Shown here: positions 9,628 through 18,878 of the stretch, one piece after another | Layout: every line of letters starts with the position of its first letter | How positions within the stretch are numbered: position 1 is the first letter of the stretch | From: Verrucomicrobiia bacterium | GTDB taxonomy: Bacteria; Verrucomicrobiota; Verrucomicrobiia; Limisphaerales; UBA1319 | Assembly: GCA_963664225.1 (NCBI GenBank) | Contig: OY760937.1 | Location: 4,864,001-4,928,000 of the forward strand | Length of the DNA stretch: 64,000 bases | Direction: 5' to 3' | Made by a program: the position numbers and the translations under genes | Notes under the pieces: generated by a model | What the model was told of the DNA's origin: nothing | Seen by the model: the letters and a program-made list of their open reading frames with translations, nothing else | Database searches by the model: none

Positions 9628-11103
9628 ATGAAGACCTTACATCCTACGGGAAAATTCGATCCTCAAACATGCTGGGATAGGCCGGGCAGCGCCATGTTCA
9701 GGCGCGTCGGTGTGGTGCTATGGATTCTGCTTCTGGTGTCCTCCCTGGTTGCGGCCGATGGCCCCTCGCAGGATAAAGTCAAACTCCCCACAATTCCCGT
9801 CTTCACGCGCGCGGAAATGGAAGAGGACCTGAAACACCTGACCACTGTTCTCAAGCGTGCCTGGGCGTATGCCGAAGACAAACGCACCTTTCTCGGCGTG
9901 GATATCGACGCACTGCACGCCGTCGCCATGCGACAACTCGAAGAGGTCCATGATGCGGATGGCTTTTACTTTGTCGTGGAGAAATTTGTCGGCGGGCTGA
10001 TGGATGGCCACGCCTCTGTGCGGCCCGGCCATGAATCTCCCGGTTTATTGGCGCCAATGCGGTGGCCTTTCGAAATCGTTTGTCTGGACGGGCGCTTCTA
10101 CATCAAGAAGTTGGAGGACCGAAACGCACCACTGAGACCAGGAGATGAAATATTGAGCGTCAATGGCGTTTCCCTGAGCAACAGATTCCAGGTGGCGCTT
10201 GCACGCTCCACAGGTTCGACACCAGCCGGGCGTGCATCGCGTGCGCTCGCCGCGATGCGGCGGGGTGCAGACCAGCAACTATCCATCAAGGCCGCCCGGG
10301 CTGATGGCACAGATTTCACATGCGCGATGAATGCAGTGTATTGGAAGGGTAAAGTCGAGGAGCCAATTCGCTGGAAAAAACTCGAGGGGAACGTGGGCTG
10401 GCTTCGGTTACCGAGCTTTGTCCAGGATACGAAAGTATGGGTGGAGGGCGGTCGCACTCCCGCATCTCTCCAGGCCGCTCTTGAAGCCAAGAAAATCGCT
10501 CTGCGCAAAGCGTTTACGGAGCTCAAGGATACGCGTGCGCTGATCCTTGACCTGCGTGGTAACGGCGGCGGCTCCGATGCCCTCGGCCATTTCCTCGCTC
10601 ACTTCCTTTGCGACACCGCCGCCCGTCCAGTTTACTACACGCTCGGCCCGCGCATATCGGATGACCTCATGGTGCTGCCGGAATATGCCGCTTATAAAAA
10701 CGCGCCTGTATCTGCGCGCAATCGGCGCACGCCGATCCAATTGCTGCCTGAAAAGGGAGTCTGGAAATATAGAGGCGAACTTGCGGTGCTTATGGATGAA
10801 GAATGCTTCAGCGCCTGCGATTGTTTTCTGAATTACCTTTCCATCGCGGCACCGAAAACAGTGTTTGTTGGACGCCCTAACGGTGCCGGTGCCGGTGCGC
10901 CGCGTCCGTTGGTGACTCTGCCCCATAGCAAAATGGTCGTGACCTTCTGCATTATGCAGGTCTGGAACCTCAACGACCAACTCATCGAGAGCCGGCCTCT
11001 GAAGCCCACCGTTCCGGTCAAATGGACGCCGGAAGATTTGCGGCAAGGTCGCGATCCGGACATGGAAGCGGCCCTGCAATACTTGGGACGCCGAAAGGGT
11101 TGA
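9628..11103 (+). CDS. S41 family peptidase with PDZ domain
   Basis: LRPGDEILSVNG (PDZ), LILDLRGNGGG, FSACD catalytic-Ser region, VGRPNGAG; AAGGAG RBS before ATG 9628. Confidence 0.85.
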   Translation: MKTLHPTGKFDPQTCWDRPGSAMFRRVGVVLWILLLVSSLVAADGPSQDKVKLPTIPVFTRAEMEEDLKHLTTVLKRAWAYAEDKRTFLGVDIDALHAVAMRQLEEVHDADGFYFVVEKFVGGLMDGHASVRPGHESPGLLAPMRWPFEIVCLDGRFYIKKLEDRNAPLRPGDEILSVNGVSLSNRFQVALARSTGSTPAGRASRALAAMRRGADQQLSIKAARADGTDFTCAMNAVYWKGKVEEPIRWKKLEGNVGWLRLPSFVQDTKVWVEGGRTPASLQAALEAKKIALRKAFTELKDTRALILDLRGNGGGSDALGHFLAHFLCDTAARPVYYTLGPRISDDLMVLPEYAAYKNAPVSARNRRTPIQLLPEKGVWKYRGELAVLMDEECFSACDCFLNYLSIAAPKTVFVGRPNGAGAGAPRPLVTLPHSKMVVTFCIMQVWNLNDQLIESRPLKPTVPVKWTPEDLRQGRDPDMEAALQYLGRRKG

Positions 11104-11334
11104 TCCATGCCTGCCAGCCGAATTCAGAGATGCGTTCGATCGCAGTTCTACTGCATGTCTATGATTTGCGGTCCCGAGCTGCGTGAAGCGGAACGTGAGC
11201 TTATGCGTTGATCGAGGAAGCTGCGTGGTTCATGCCTTTCGGTTCACGTGGCTGTCGGCGTTAAGTGGTATCGGGAATCAAATATTCATGAAAGACTCTT
11301 TCCGACAAGCCTTTGGAAGAGTGACACCCCTTAA

Positions 11335-11373
11335 AACAAAACCACCCCGGAATATGAAACCGGGGTGGTTTTG
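11335..11373. terminator. Bidirectional terminator-like hairpin between convergent genes
   Basis: ACAAAACCACCCCGG-aatatgaaa-CCGGGGTGGTTTTGT inverted repeat. Confidence 0.75.
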
Positions 11374-11389
11374 TGACTAACCGAGCTGA

Positions 11390-13147
11390 CTAAATGGAGA
11401 TCAGGGGGATTCCTTTGGGCACATGCACCACCATCGTCCCGGCGATTTGATCGTGCCAGGAGAGTCTGTCTTCCTTCCAGGCGATGCGGAAGAAGCCCAG
11501 CCCCAAGGCGATCGTGGAGAGCACGGAACCCAGGCAGCGCACCGCCGCCACAGGAGCATCGATGGGACGGCCATTTTGGCGGACCACTTTCAAGCCCATG
11601 ATGACTCCGCCCACGGTGGTGCCTTTCCAAGTCCACATGGCCACATGGTAACCCAGCCAGATGAGGAGCCAGCCGAAATGGATATGGAGATAGGTCAACA
11701 GGGTCGCCACCAGGACGATGTCGAGCGCAATGGCGCCCGCGCGCTGTAAAAGCGTGGCTCTGGGCAGCGCTGCCATTTCCAGGTGCGAAACGTCGGGCAC
11801 GGCCGCCGGAGTCGCGAAAGGCGGAGGGGTAAATGATGGCCCTGGGTTCGGCGACAACGGGGGTGTTGATGAGAACGGAGGCGTTGATGCCAATGGCGGC
11901 GTTGCCGTCGTGGGCGGAAGCGTCGAAGTCAGCGGAGGCATCCCCGGATCGCTCATGGACTTAGGCATTTCCGTTGCAACCGGAGGTGCGGAAGTCAACG
12001 GTGTCGTCGATGTTACTGGAGGCATTCCCGGATCGATGATCGCGTTGAGCGTTGGAGTCGCAGGTGGAGGCACACTCTGGCCCTGCGCATCGTAAACAGA
12101 TGGCATGGGATACTCCGGTGGCATGGGAACTGGCGGGATTGGTGTGGGTTTCACCTCCGCATGCTCGCGTTTGAGTCCCCCAAAGAGAGCCAGCAAGGCG
12201 CAGCCGAAGCTCAGGGGAATCAGTATTCCCCACACGAGAAAACCCAATATGGGAACCATGTATAAGAGGCAAAAAACGACAAATCCGATGGCCAGGGCGA
12301 TCAGGGGGTGCTGGATTTCATCGACTTTAGCCTGGCGGCCTATTTGAAGTCCGGTGAATTGATAGATGGCGGCTTTGCCGAAGAACAGCAGCGCCACCAT
12401 TCCACATCCGATGAAGGGAATGACAAGAATTCCGACGAGGGACAGGACAAGCAGTAGGATGAGAGGTCCAACCAGAACGAAGGCAAGCAGACCCGTGACC
12501 ATGGAGGCGACGGGGCGGGTTTCAAGAACTTTCGCGCAAGTGGCGACTGGTTTTGGAAACACCAGCGCGAGAAGCAGATAGAGCAATAGACTTATTCCGG
12601 CAAACACCCACATCCAACCCAAACCAGGTGCCAGTGGGCGTGCGCGGCCGATTCCCTGATGAAAAAATTCTCCGACGGAATCCATATTGGGCATGATGGC
12701 GCCCGGCGAGACATCCACCCTCTGGCCATCGATATGCGCCGAGGAATTGACTGACTGGCTGCCGAGGACGGTGACGAGGTCCCCCCTGATGTTGGCCTTT
12801 GGCCCCACTTTTGTGGATCCAAGAATGTTGACCACGTCTCCGTGGGCTTCGCCGTTGATTGTCAGGTTTCCGAGGATGACGACGACATCGTTCTGAGCCG
12901 TGCCGTTCATCGTCACTGAGCCAAGAACCACGACCAGGTCCTTGCAAGTTTCGCCAGGACCGATTGTGACACTGCCACCAACGCGCACGACATCCTGAAG
13001 GTCTTTTTGTTCCGATTGGGGTTCGGCTTGCTCTGTGGGTTCGCTTTGTTCGGCGTCGATCGCAACCAGTTGCGGCGGAGCGATCAGGAGACTCCAGCAC
13101 ATTAGTGCGGCACATGCCAGCTTGATGAATGGATGAGTGACTTTCAT
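11390..13147 (-). CDS. Membrane protein: signal peptide, bactofilin/polymer-forming-like beta repeats, multi-TM region, Pro-rich linker, RDD domain
   Basis: Repeated DVVx(I/V)LG-x-(V/L)T units; TM helices; C-terminal RAGAIALD...GTTVGGVIMGLKVV...WHDQIAGTMVV (RDD). Confidence 0.8.
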   Translation of the reverse strand: MKVTHPFIKLACAALMCWSLLIAPPQLVAIDAEQSEPTEQAEPQSEQKDLQDVVRVGGSVTIGPGETCKDLVVVLGSVTMNGTAQNDVVVILGNLTINGEAHGDVVNILGSTKVGPKANIRGDLVTVLGSQSVNSSAHIDGQRVDVSPGAIMPNMDSVGEFFHQGIGRARPLAPGLGWMWVFAGISLLLYLLLALVFPKPVATCAKVLETRPVASMVTGLLAFVLVGPLILLLVLSLVGILVIPFIGCGMVALLFFGKAAIYQFTGLQIGRQAKVDEIQHPLIALAIGFVVFCLLYMVPILGFLVWGILIPLSFGCALLALFGGLKREHAEVKPTPIPPVPMPPEYPMPSVYDAQGQSVPPPATPTLNAIIDPGMPPVTSTTPLTSAPPVATEMPKSMSDPGMPPLTSTLPPTTATPPLASTPPFSSTPPLSPNPGPSFTPPPFATPAAVPDVSHLEMAALPRATLLQRAGAIALDIVLVATLLTYLHIHFGWLLIWLGYHVAMWTWKGTTVGGVIMGLKVVRQNGRPIDAPVAAVRCLGSVLSTIALGLGFFRIAWKEDRLSWHDQIAGTMVVHVPKGIPLISI

Positions 13148-13163
13148 AATAACGACTTTCCCC

Positions 13164-13616
13164 TTAATGTTTAATGACGCGCAAAAGCACAGTTCCCGTT
13201 CCCAGGCACCAGAGATACATCAGGAACGCTACAGCGAGAGCCGCGATCACGGGCGGCTGCATGCTAGCCCGGGCCGCCGTTGAGAGGGCAGAAGCCAGAG
13301 TGACGATGACTTCCATGACCAGTTGACCGTTTGTGACGACCTTGGCCAGCTCGGTATCCCAAAGCGATCCACCGACAGATAGTGTTGAAATCCAGTGATT
13401 TAAGAATGCCGGTATGGCCGCCAACAGGAATAGAAACGCTCCTTGCATGGCCGCTGGCCATGACCAGAAGGAGCATTGCCACCACGGGGATTTGGCTTGA
13501 GCGCGCAAGGCGGCCATGACGCGCGGGGCGAGAGTCGCCGGGGCGGCGTGGTCTGGCAGTTGGCGCAGTTCCCGGTGGATCCGGGCTTCCAGTTCGATTT
13601 GATGACGATCTTCCAT
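13164..13616 (-). CDS. Putative transmembrane anti-sigma factor
   Basis: Directly downstream of ECF sigma; LRQLPDHAAPATLAPRVMAAL motif followed by TM helices. Confidence 0.65.
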   Translation of the reverse strand: MEDRHQIELEARIHRELRQLPDHAAPATLAPRVMAALRAQAKSPWWQCSFWSWPAAMQGAFLFLLAAIPAFLNHWISTLSVGGSLWDTELAKVVTNGQLVMEVIVTLASALSTAARASMQPPVIAALAVAFLMYLWCLGTGTVLLRVIKH

Positions 13617-13624
13617 AGGGCACC

Positions 13625-14206
13625 TTAAAAAGCGATTTGTGACGAGGCGGGGGCATCCGTGTTTCCAGTAAATTCCGCCCTGCGCGCCTGCAGCCGTTTT
13701 TCCAACGTTTGCCGGCCGCGATGTATGTCTGTCTTTACTTTGCTCAGGCTCACGCCCAAGTGTTCGGCAATATCTTCGTAACGCATTTCTTCAAAATGGT
13801 AGAGGACCAGTGGAACCCGTTGGGATGAAGGGAGTTTCTGGAGGGCATCCTCGAGCATGCGATGCCGTTCGGACTGATCCAGCGAATCGTTTGCGGGAGT
13901 CGTATCGGGCAGGTTTGCCGTGAAATCCGACTCGTCCTCATCGTGGCGGTTCATTTCTGAAAAAAAGTGCCATCGTGCGCGGTAGCGTGTTAAGTGATTG
14001 AGGCTAAGGTTCTTGGCCACCGTGCGCAACCAGCCGCCCGCCGTGGGGCTGACGCTGAGTTCTTCAAATCTTTCAAATGCCTTCAAAAAAACTTCCTGTG
14101 AAATGTCCTGAGCTTCGGCTTCATTGGCGACCAACCGCAAGGCCGTGGTATAGACCATGTCCTGATACGCCTTCATAAACTCTTCAAATTCATGCTCAAG
14201 GTTCAT
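13625..14206 (-). CDS. ECF RNA polymerase sigma-70 factor
   Basis: AQDISQEVFLKAF...WLRTVAKNL (region 2), MRYEDIAEHLGVSLSKVKTDIHRGR (region 4); start may lie up to 14296. Confidence 0.92.
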   Translation of the reverse strand: MNLEHEFEEFMKAYQDMVYTTALRLVANEAEAQDISQEVFLKAFERFEELSVSPTAGGWLRTVAKNLSLNHLTRYRARWHFFSEMNRHDEDESDFTANLPDTTPANDSLDQSERHRMLEDALQKLPSSQRVPLVLYHFEEMRYEDIAEHLGVSLSKVKTDIHRGRQTLEKRLQARRAEFTGNTDAPASSQIAF

Positions 14207-14392
14207 TTTCCACCCCACCGGTCCAGGGCGATTGTAACTAAATGACACATTTGAAGATGAGAAAGTTGCATAAATCGCTTTCACCAAACCCCGCATCGCG
14301 ATGAGGAATGGAACAGCGGCGGAAGGCGTGGTGGCGGTTGGATCATGCGATCAGGGCGAGTGCAATGCAGAGTGGCCTCCAGGGATTTGCAT

Positions 14393-15208
14393 TCACTTCT
14401 TTATTAACGGTTTAGACGCCAGTTTTTCGTCCTCCCAGAGGGTCTTCATTAACGCATGTATTTGTGGTTCCGCAGTAATGAGTTCCGCACGGTTGAATGG
14501 GAAAAAATCGTTCATGCCGAAATAAGCTTCGGTCATCTCGGCGAAAAACTCTTTATGATCCGTCAGACCGTAGTGGCGCGTATTCTGGCCGTTAAAGAGA
14601 AGGGTGGAATCGCCATGTCCGCTTTTCTTAAATTCTTCATAGGCAATGAGTATGCGCGGTTCATCGAAGCCGAGGACCTGGTCGTGGTAGGCATGGGCCA
14701 ATTCATGGAGCACGACCCAGGGTTGTTCGTGGACCTGGCGGGCGCGGGCGAAATCGGCGGCCTCACAAATGTGAACGCATTGGGCCAGATCCCGCGAAAA
14801 GCCATGGGCTTCAAGCCATTCCGCTGAGGGATGGTATTGCATGGCGCGCAGCGAACCGTGGGTCAGATCCAGCACAATGGGAATGGATTGCAGTTTCGCC
14901 AGCTTGTCTTGAGGCACGACATAGGTAATGTCTATGAGCTTGGAGGCCAAGAGTTTAATGGCGCGTTCTCCGAGCTTGTCGTTGGGCGGGGTGAAAAGGC
15001 GATCATCCACGCGCACGGTCCACCCTTCGATGATTCGGACACTGCGTGACGCGGGCTTTGCAGGGGTCGAGTTTTGCGATGTAACAGACTCAATGCGAGG
15101 TTTTTGCGAATTCAATCGTGGATTTGGTTCGGATGCGGGCGCCTGGGGGAGTTGGGATAATGCCAGAACTAAACCCACAACAAGGCCGTGTTTCCAGATG
15201 GTTTTCAT
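14393..15208 (-). CDS. Secreted zinc metallopeptidase (gluzincin-like HExxH...E)
   Basis: Signal peptide; VLHELAHAYH and downstream KEFFAEMTEAYF motifs. Confidence 0.75.
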   Translation of the reverse strand: MKTIWKHGLVVGLVLALSQLPQAPASEPNPRLNSQKPRIESVTSQNSTPAKPASRSVRIIEGWTVRVDDRLFTPPNDKLGERAIKLLASKLIDITYVVPQDKLAKLQSIPIVLDLTHGSLRAMQYHPSAEWLEAHGFSRDLAQCVHICEAADFARARQVHEQPWVVLHELAHAYHDQVLGFDEPRILIAYEEFKKSGHGDSTLLFNGQNTRHYGLTDHKEFFAEMTEAYFGMNDFFPFNRAELITAEPQIHALMKTLWEDEKLASKPLIKK

Positions 15209-15427
15209 GCTTGCGATACGTTTATCAAATATACCCCCTGCATTGCAGTCAAATTCCCGTCCAATGCTTTCTTTGTAAAGGGGATCCCCTTTGAAACGCC
15301 CTGGAACGCCCTTGCCGTGAAAAACTCAATTTGCGCTTGGGGTTGGTTTGTAGCAGGATGAAGACCAAGGATAACCGGGGCGCGGGTCCAGGCATTTGAT
15401 GACATCCCGGTTTTCACCTGGTTTTTT

Positions 15428-16468
15428 ATGGCAGTTCAATTCAAAGACTATTATCAGACCCTCGGTGTGCCGCGAACGGCCAAGTCCGAGGAAATTCAGA
15501 AGGCATTTCGCAAGCTGGCCCGGCAGTATCATCCGGATGTGGCCAAGGGCAAGGATAAGGCGTCGGCCGAGGAAAAGTTCAAGGAAATCAACGAGGCCTA
15601 CGAGGTGCTCAGCGACGCGAAGAAGCGGGAGCGCTATGATTCGCTGGGGGCGGATTGGAAACAAGGCTCGGAGTTTCGTCCCCCGCCCGAGTGGTCGCAG
15701 CAGAGGAGTTCCGGACGCCCGAGCAGCGGCGGGTTTGAGTATCAGTTTGGAGGAACAGGGTTCAGCGACTTTTTCGAACAGATCTTCGGCTCGGCGCGTG
15801 GAGGGCGCAGCCCTTTTGGCGGGGCATCGCAAGGCTTTGAAACGGAGGAGGTTCAGCCCGGACGGGATTCCGAGGCGGAGATTCTCGTGACGCTGGCCGA
15901 GGCGGCGCATGGCGCATTGCGACCGATCACGGTTCGACGCAACGTGGCGTGTGAAACCTGTCATGGCACGGGGCGCATTGCGCCGCGACGGGCCTGCACG
16001 ACCTGCGGTGGGAGTGGTCTGGTGGCCCGGGAAGCGCATTATAAGGTGAAGATTCCGGCGGGTGTTTTGGAGGGTCAATCGTTGCGCCTGGCGGGGCATG
16101 GGGAATTGGGCGAAGGCAGCGCGCCAGCGGGGGATCTGTATCTGCGCGTGCGGTTTGCAAAGCATCCGGATTTTCGGGTGGAAGGGAGCGACTTGTATTA
16201 CGAACTGCATCTTGCGCCCTGGGAGGCGGTTCTGGGTGCCAATGTGTCCGTTCCCACCATGGATCAGCCGGTGAGCATCAAGATTCCGGCAGGCGCGCAA
16301 GGCGGGCAGACGCTAAGGGTGCGTGGTCGGGGGATGCCGAATCGGAGCGGCGGCTCGGGCGATCTATACGCGGTGCTGCAGGTGCGGGTGCCCACTGAGA
16401 TTACCGAGAAGGAGCGCACGCTGTGGCAGCAGCTCTCCAAGGAATCGCATTTCAAGCCGAGGGAATAG
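15428..16468 (+). CDS. DnaJ-class co-chaperone (CbpA/DnaJ type II-like)
   Basis: J domain with HPD, G/F region GFSDFFE, two CxxCxGxG motifs, C-terminal GDLY substrate-binding domains. Confidence 0.92.
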   Translation: MAVQFKDYYQTLGVPRTAKSEEIQKAFRKLARQYHPDVAKGKDKASAEEKFKEINEAYEVLSDAKKRERYDSLGADWKQGSEFRPPPEWSQQRSSGRPSSGGFEYQFGGTGFSDFFEQIFGSARGGRSPFGGASQGFETEEVQPGRDSEAEILVTLAEAAHGALRPITVRRNVACETCHGTGRIAPRRACTTCGGSGLVAREAHYKVKIPAGVLEGQSLRLAGHGELGEGSAPAGDLYLRVRFAKHPDFRVEGSDLYYELHLAPWEAVLGANVSVPTMDQPVSIKIPAGAQGGQTLRVRGRGMPNRSGGSGDLYAVLQVRVPTEITEKERTLWQQLSKESHFKPRE

Positions 16469-16568
16469 TGTGGACTAGGGATGCAGGCCTGGAATTTAGC
16501 AGGCCTCATTTTTGCGTTCAACCGGTTGACCACGGGTTGACCGCGGATTGAATGGACAGGATGGGGAG

Positions 16569-16627
16569 TGGATAATGGATAACCAGGGGGAATGGAAAAT
16601 GGATCATTGACAATTGACAATGGATAA
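16569..16627. repeat. Degenerate 7-bp tandem repeat (TGGATAA/TTGACAA)
   Basis: TGGATAA TGGATAA ... TGGAAAA TGGATCA TTGACAA TTGACAA TGGATAA. Confidence 0.7.
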
Positions 16628-16680
16628 TGCTTTGGATTTGAGGAGCGGGACCAACGTTGTCAGTGAAACACATTGGCGCG

Positions 16681-16800
16681 CGGGCAGGGGTGGGGGCGGG
16701 CCGTTCCGTGAGCGCCGGTGACGCGTTAGCCCGTTGGAGGAAAGCGACCGATGCGATGGGCGAAATCGCCAGGGAAAAGTGTAAAGTGATGGGGTGACCC
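16681..16800. repeat. Dispersed ~120-bp repeat A, copy 1 (copy 2 at 20714-20827)
   Basis: Shared blocks CGGGCAGGG, CGTTCC.TGAGCGCC, CCCGTTGGA.GAAAGCGACCG.TGCG.TGGGCGAAATCG, AGTGT.AAGTGATGG.GTGA.CC. Confidence 0.8.
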
Positions 16801-16826
16801 CTTCACCTTCACAACTGTTACCGCAA

Positions 16827-17720
16827 CTATTTTCGGTTTACCTCAAACAAGATATCTGGCTGGTCAGGCTTGCCGTCTTGGAAGATCACCACTGCCTCCC
16901 ACGCGTAGTGGTCTTGGACAACGAGCGCCATTTCCCACGCGCCAGTCTTGGGAACTTCATCGGAATACCAGGTCAGTATCGCAGGAGTGAGTTTCTGACC
17001 TTCGCGCACAAGTTTAAATCCTGACTCCGTAGGTGGCTCGTCAAATGAGCTCGTAGCAAACGTCTGCCTGTCCAACTGCTCGTGTCTGCGCACAAAGAGT
17101 TTGAATGGATAGTCCATTCCGGTGCCTCGCGATGCTGAACCAGTGGAACTGTGCAGAGTGGCTTTCAGAACAGGTCGACCTCGCACCTTCGACAAGGCCC
17201 GAATCGCGAGCAATTCCGATTGTTCGGCGAGAAACGAGGTCCACCGGCTCTTGGGGATGAACTGACGATCCCCATCGATAAACAAAACCTCATGGTAGTC
17301 GATATTCTGGCCATCATGGCCCAATCCAACTTTGTCCCAGATGAGCGCTATGCGAGAATCGTCGTTGGTGTTCAAACCCTCCACGTAGTGCCAACCGCAG
17401 GTCTCAGGCCCGAGAACTCCGCCGCCACGCAAAATCTTCTCAACGACCCTTTCAGGAACGGTCTTTCCGCGTAAGACCTCGGCAGGAACCGACTGAGTGC
17501 GATAGAGCAGACTCAGAGCTGCTTCGGGAGAAGATTGCCCTGCGGGAAAAAAGCCGTTGTTCTCTTCCGCATACATCCGTAGAGCCGACGTAAATTGCAG
17601 TATGCAAGAATGACTCATTCCATACGGGTACCTGTGTCTATAAAAACCGTAGTACCCAGCCAATAGCACAAATAAAACCGCCAGAACGCTCCAGGTTCGT
17701 CTGTTTGAAAATGGCTTCAT
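16827..17720 (-). CDS. Hypothetical membrane-anchored protein, DUF1559/H-X9-DG pilin-like family resemblance
   Basis: N-terminal TM; SCILQFTSALRMYAEENNGFFP and GHDG...HEVLFIDG resemble PVC DUF1559-type pseudopilin motifs. Confidence 0.6.
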   Translation of the reverse strand: MKPFSNRRTWSVLAVLFVLLAGYYGFYRHRYPYGMSHSCILQFTSALRMYAEENNGFFPAGQSSPEAALSLLYRTQSVPAEVLRGKTVPERVVEKILRGGGVLGPETCGWHYVEGLNTNDDSRIALIWDKVGLGHDGQNIDYHEVLFIDGDRQFIPKSRWTSFLAEQSELLAIRALSKVRGRPVLKATLHSSTGSASRGTGMDYPFKLFVRRHEQLDRQTFATSSFDEPPTESGFKLVREGQKLTPAILTWYSDEVPKTGAWEMALVVQDHYAWEAVVIFQDGKPDQPDILFEVNRK

Positions 17721-18050
17721 GCGCGCAGCTTGGTCCAACTTTGATTATGCGACGAGCGGTTTGTAAATTGAACCCGAGATGAAGACATCTGAATACACCT
17801 GCGGGCTGGCGAAGGTTGCGAGCGGTTATTTATCGCAAGAAATCCGGTAAGTTTGATCGTGCTTGTGCTCATTTCTCCGTGAATAACGGCAGGGTGTGCC
17901 GCCATGGGAATGTCGTCAAGCGGTTTGTGGAAAATTAATGGACAAGGGGAGGCAGGGGCGTGCGATCAGATGCAGCGCGGGATTATATATCGATGGCGAA
18001 TTCACGATGGTGGATTGAGCCGGAGAACTATGTGGGGATGGGATAGAGCG

Positions 18051-18130
18051 GGCTTTCAGCCCTTGATGTGATTGTGGCGGTTTACCTGGGCCGGTGGCCC
18101 AGGCTGGTATGGGGTCGCGCCGTTGGCGCT
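18051..18130. repeat. Tripartite palindromic REP/REPIN-like element, family B (truncated copy at 20155-20208)
   Basis: GGGCT-ttc-AGCCC; CCTGGGCC-ggt-GGCCCAGG; GCGCC-gtt-GGCGC; near-identical copy at 20155. Confidence 0.8.
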
Positions 18131-18167
18131 GGGGGTTGCAAACCGGATTGAGTGTTGTGAGATGCCA

Positions 18168-18370
18168 GTCGGGGTCGGGTTGGATTGCGTGGGGTTTCCG
18201 GGGGTGTCGGTCGCGGACGACCTCGACCACCCGGCTAATCGCTTGCATCCCCCGGGATGGCGATGATGAACATGGCGCGCCGGTGGGGCTCGGGAATTGG
18301 TGGTGGGGGTGTCGTTTGCTATAAACATGCCGCGCCTCCGGCGCTGGGAATGGGCGCGATTAAACATGGG
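18168..18370. repeat. Composite palindromic repeat (family C plus GCTATAAACATG units), copy 1 (copy 2 at 22093-22468)
   Basis: GGGGTGTCGGTCGCGGACGACCTCGACC.CCCGGCTAATCGCTTGCATCCC..GGGATGGCGATGATGAACATGGCGCGCCGGTGGGGCTC shared with 22.1-22.2 kb. Confidence 0.85.
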
Positions 18371-18524
18371 TTGACAGGATTTGGAGAAAAATCATTCAAC
18401 CACAAAGATCTCATGGATCACAAAGACAAAGTAGCGCGGATTGGGATGGGATTTCGGCCGCAGAATAACAGACCAACACTGAGGTTGCTTCGATTTGACG
18501 GACACAGGAGCGGAGCGAAACTTA

Positions 18525-18878
18525 ATGAAAAACCGTATGAAGCAATCTGTGATTCCCGATTCCAAGACTCATCCGAAGTATGATTCTGCATTTAAGCAGG
18601 AAGCCGTGAACCTCTGGAAATCCAGCGGGAAATCGGCAGCCACGGTGGCGGCTGAGTTGGGGATAAAAATGGAGCGGCTCTATGCCTGGCGCGCAAAATA
18701 TGTGCCGCTGCCAACAGGGGAAGGAGCCGAAACAAAGACCCGTGAGCAGTTGCTGGCCGACAATGCCGCTTTGTTGCGCGAACTGGACTATGTGCGCCAG
18801 CAGCGGGAGATTCTAAAAAAAACGTTGGGAATTCTTTCGGACCCCCAGAGCAACGCTATCAACGGGTTGAAGCGATGA
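18525..18878 (+). CDS. IS3-family transposase OrfA (HTH)
   Basis: KYDSAFKQEAVNL...AATVAAELGI...LYAWRAKY, REILKK; A8 slippery run at 18815-18822. Confidence 0.9.
   Translation: MKNRMKQSVIPDSKTHPKYDSAFKQEAVNLWKSSGKSAATVAAELGIKMERLYAWRAKYVPLPTGEGAETKTREQLLADNAALLRELDYVRQQREILKKTLGILSDPQSNAINGLKR

Noticed and set aside
15296..15320. Sigma-54 promoter upstream of the dnaJ-like gene (TGGAACGCCCTTGC)
   Set aside because: GG-to-GC spacing is 9 nt instead of the required 10
17916..18583. Short ORFs across the repeat zone (also 19661-20969, 21979-22550, 31445-32104)
   Set aside because: They translate palindromic repeats; near-identical peptides recur at repeat copies and lack protein-like features
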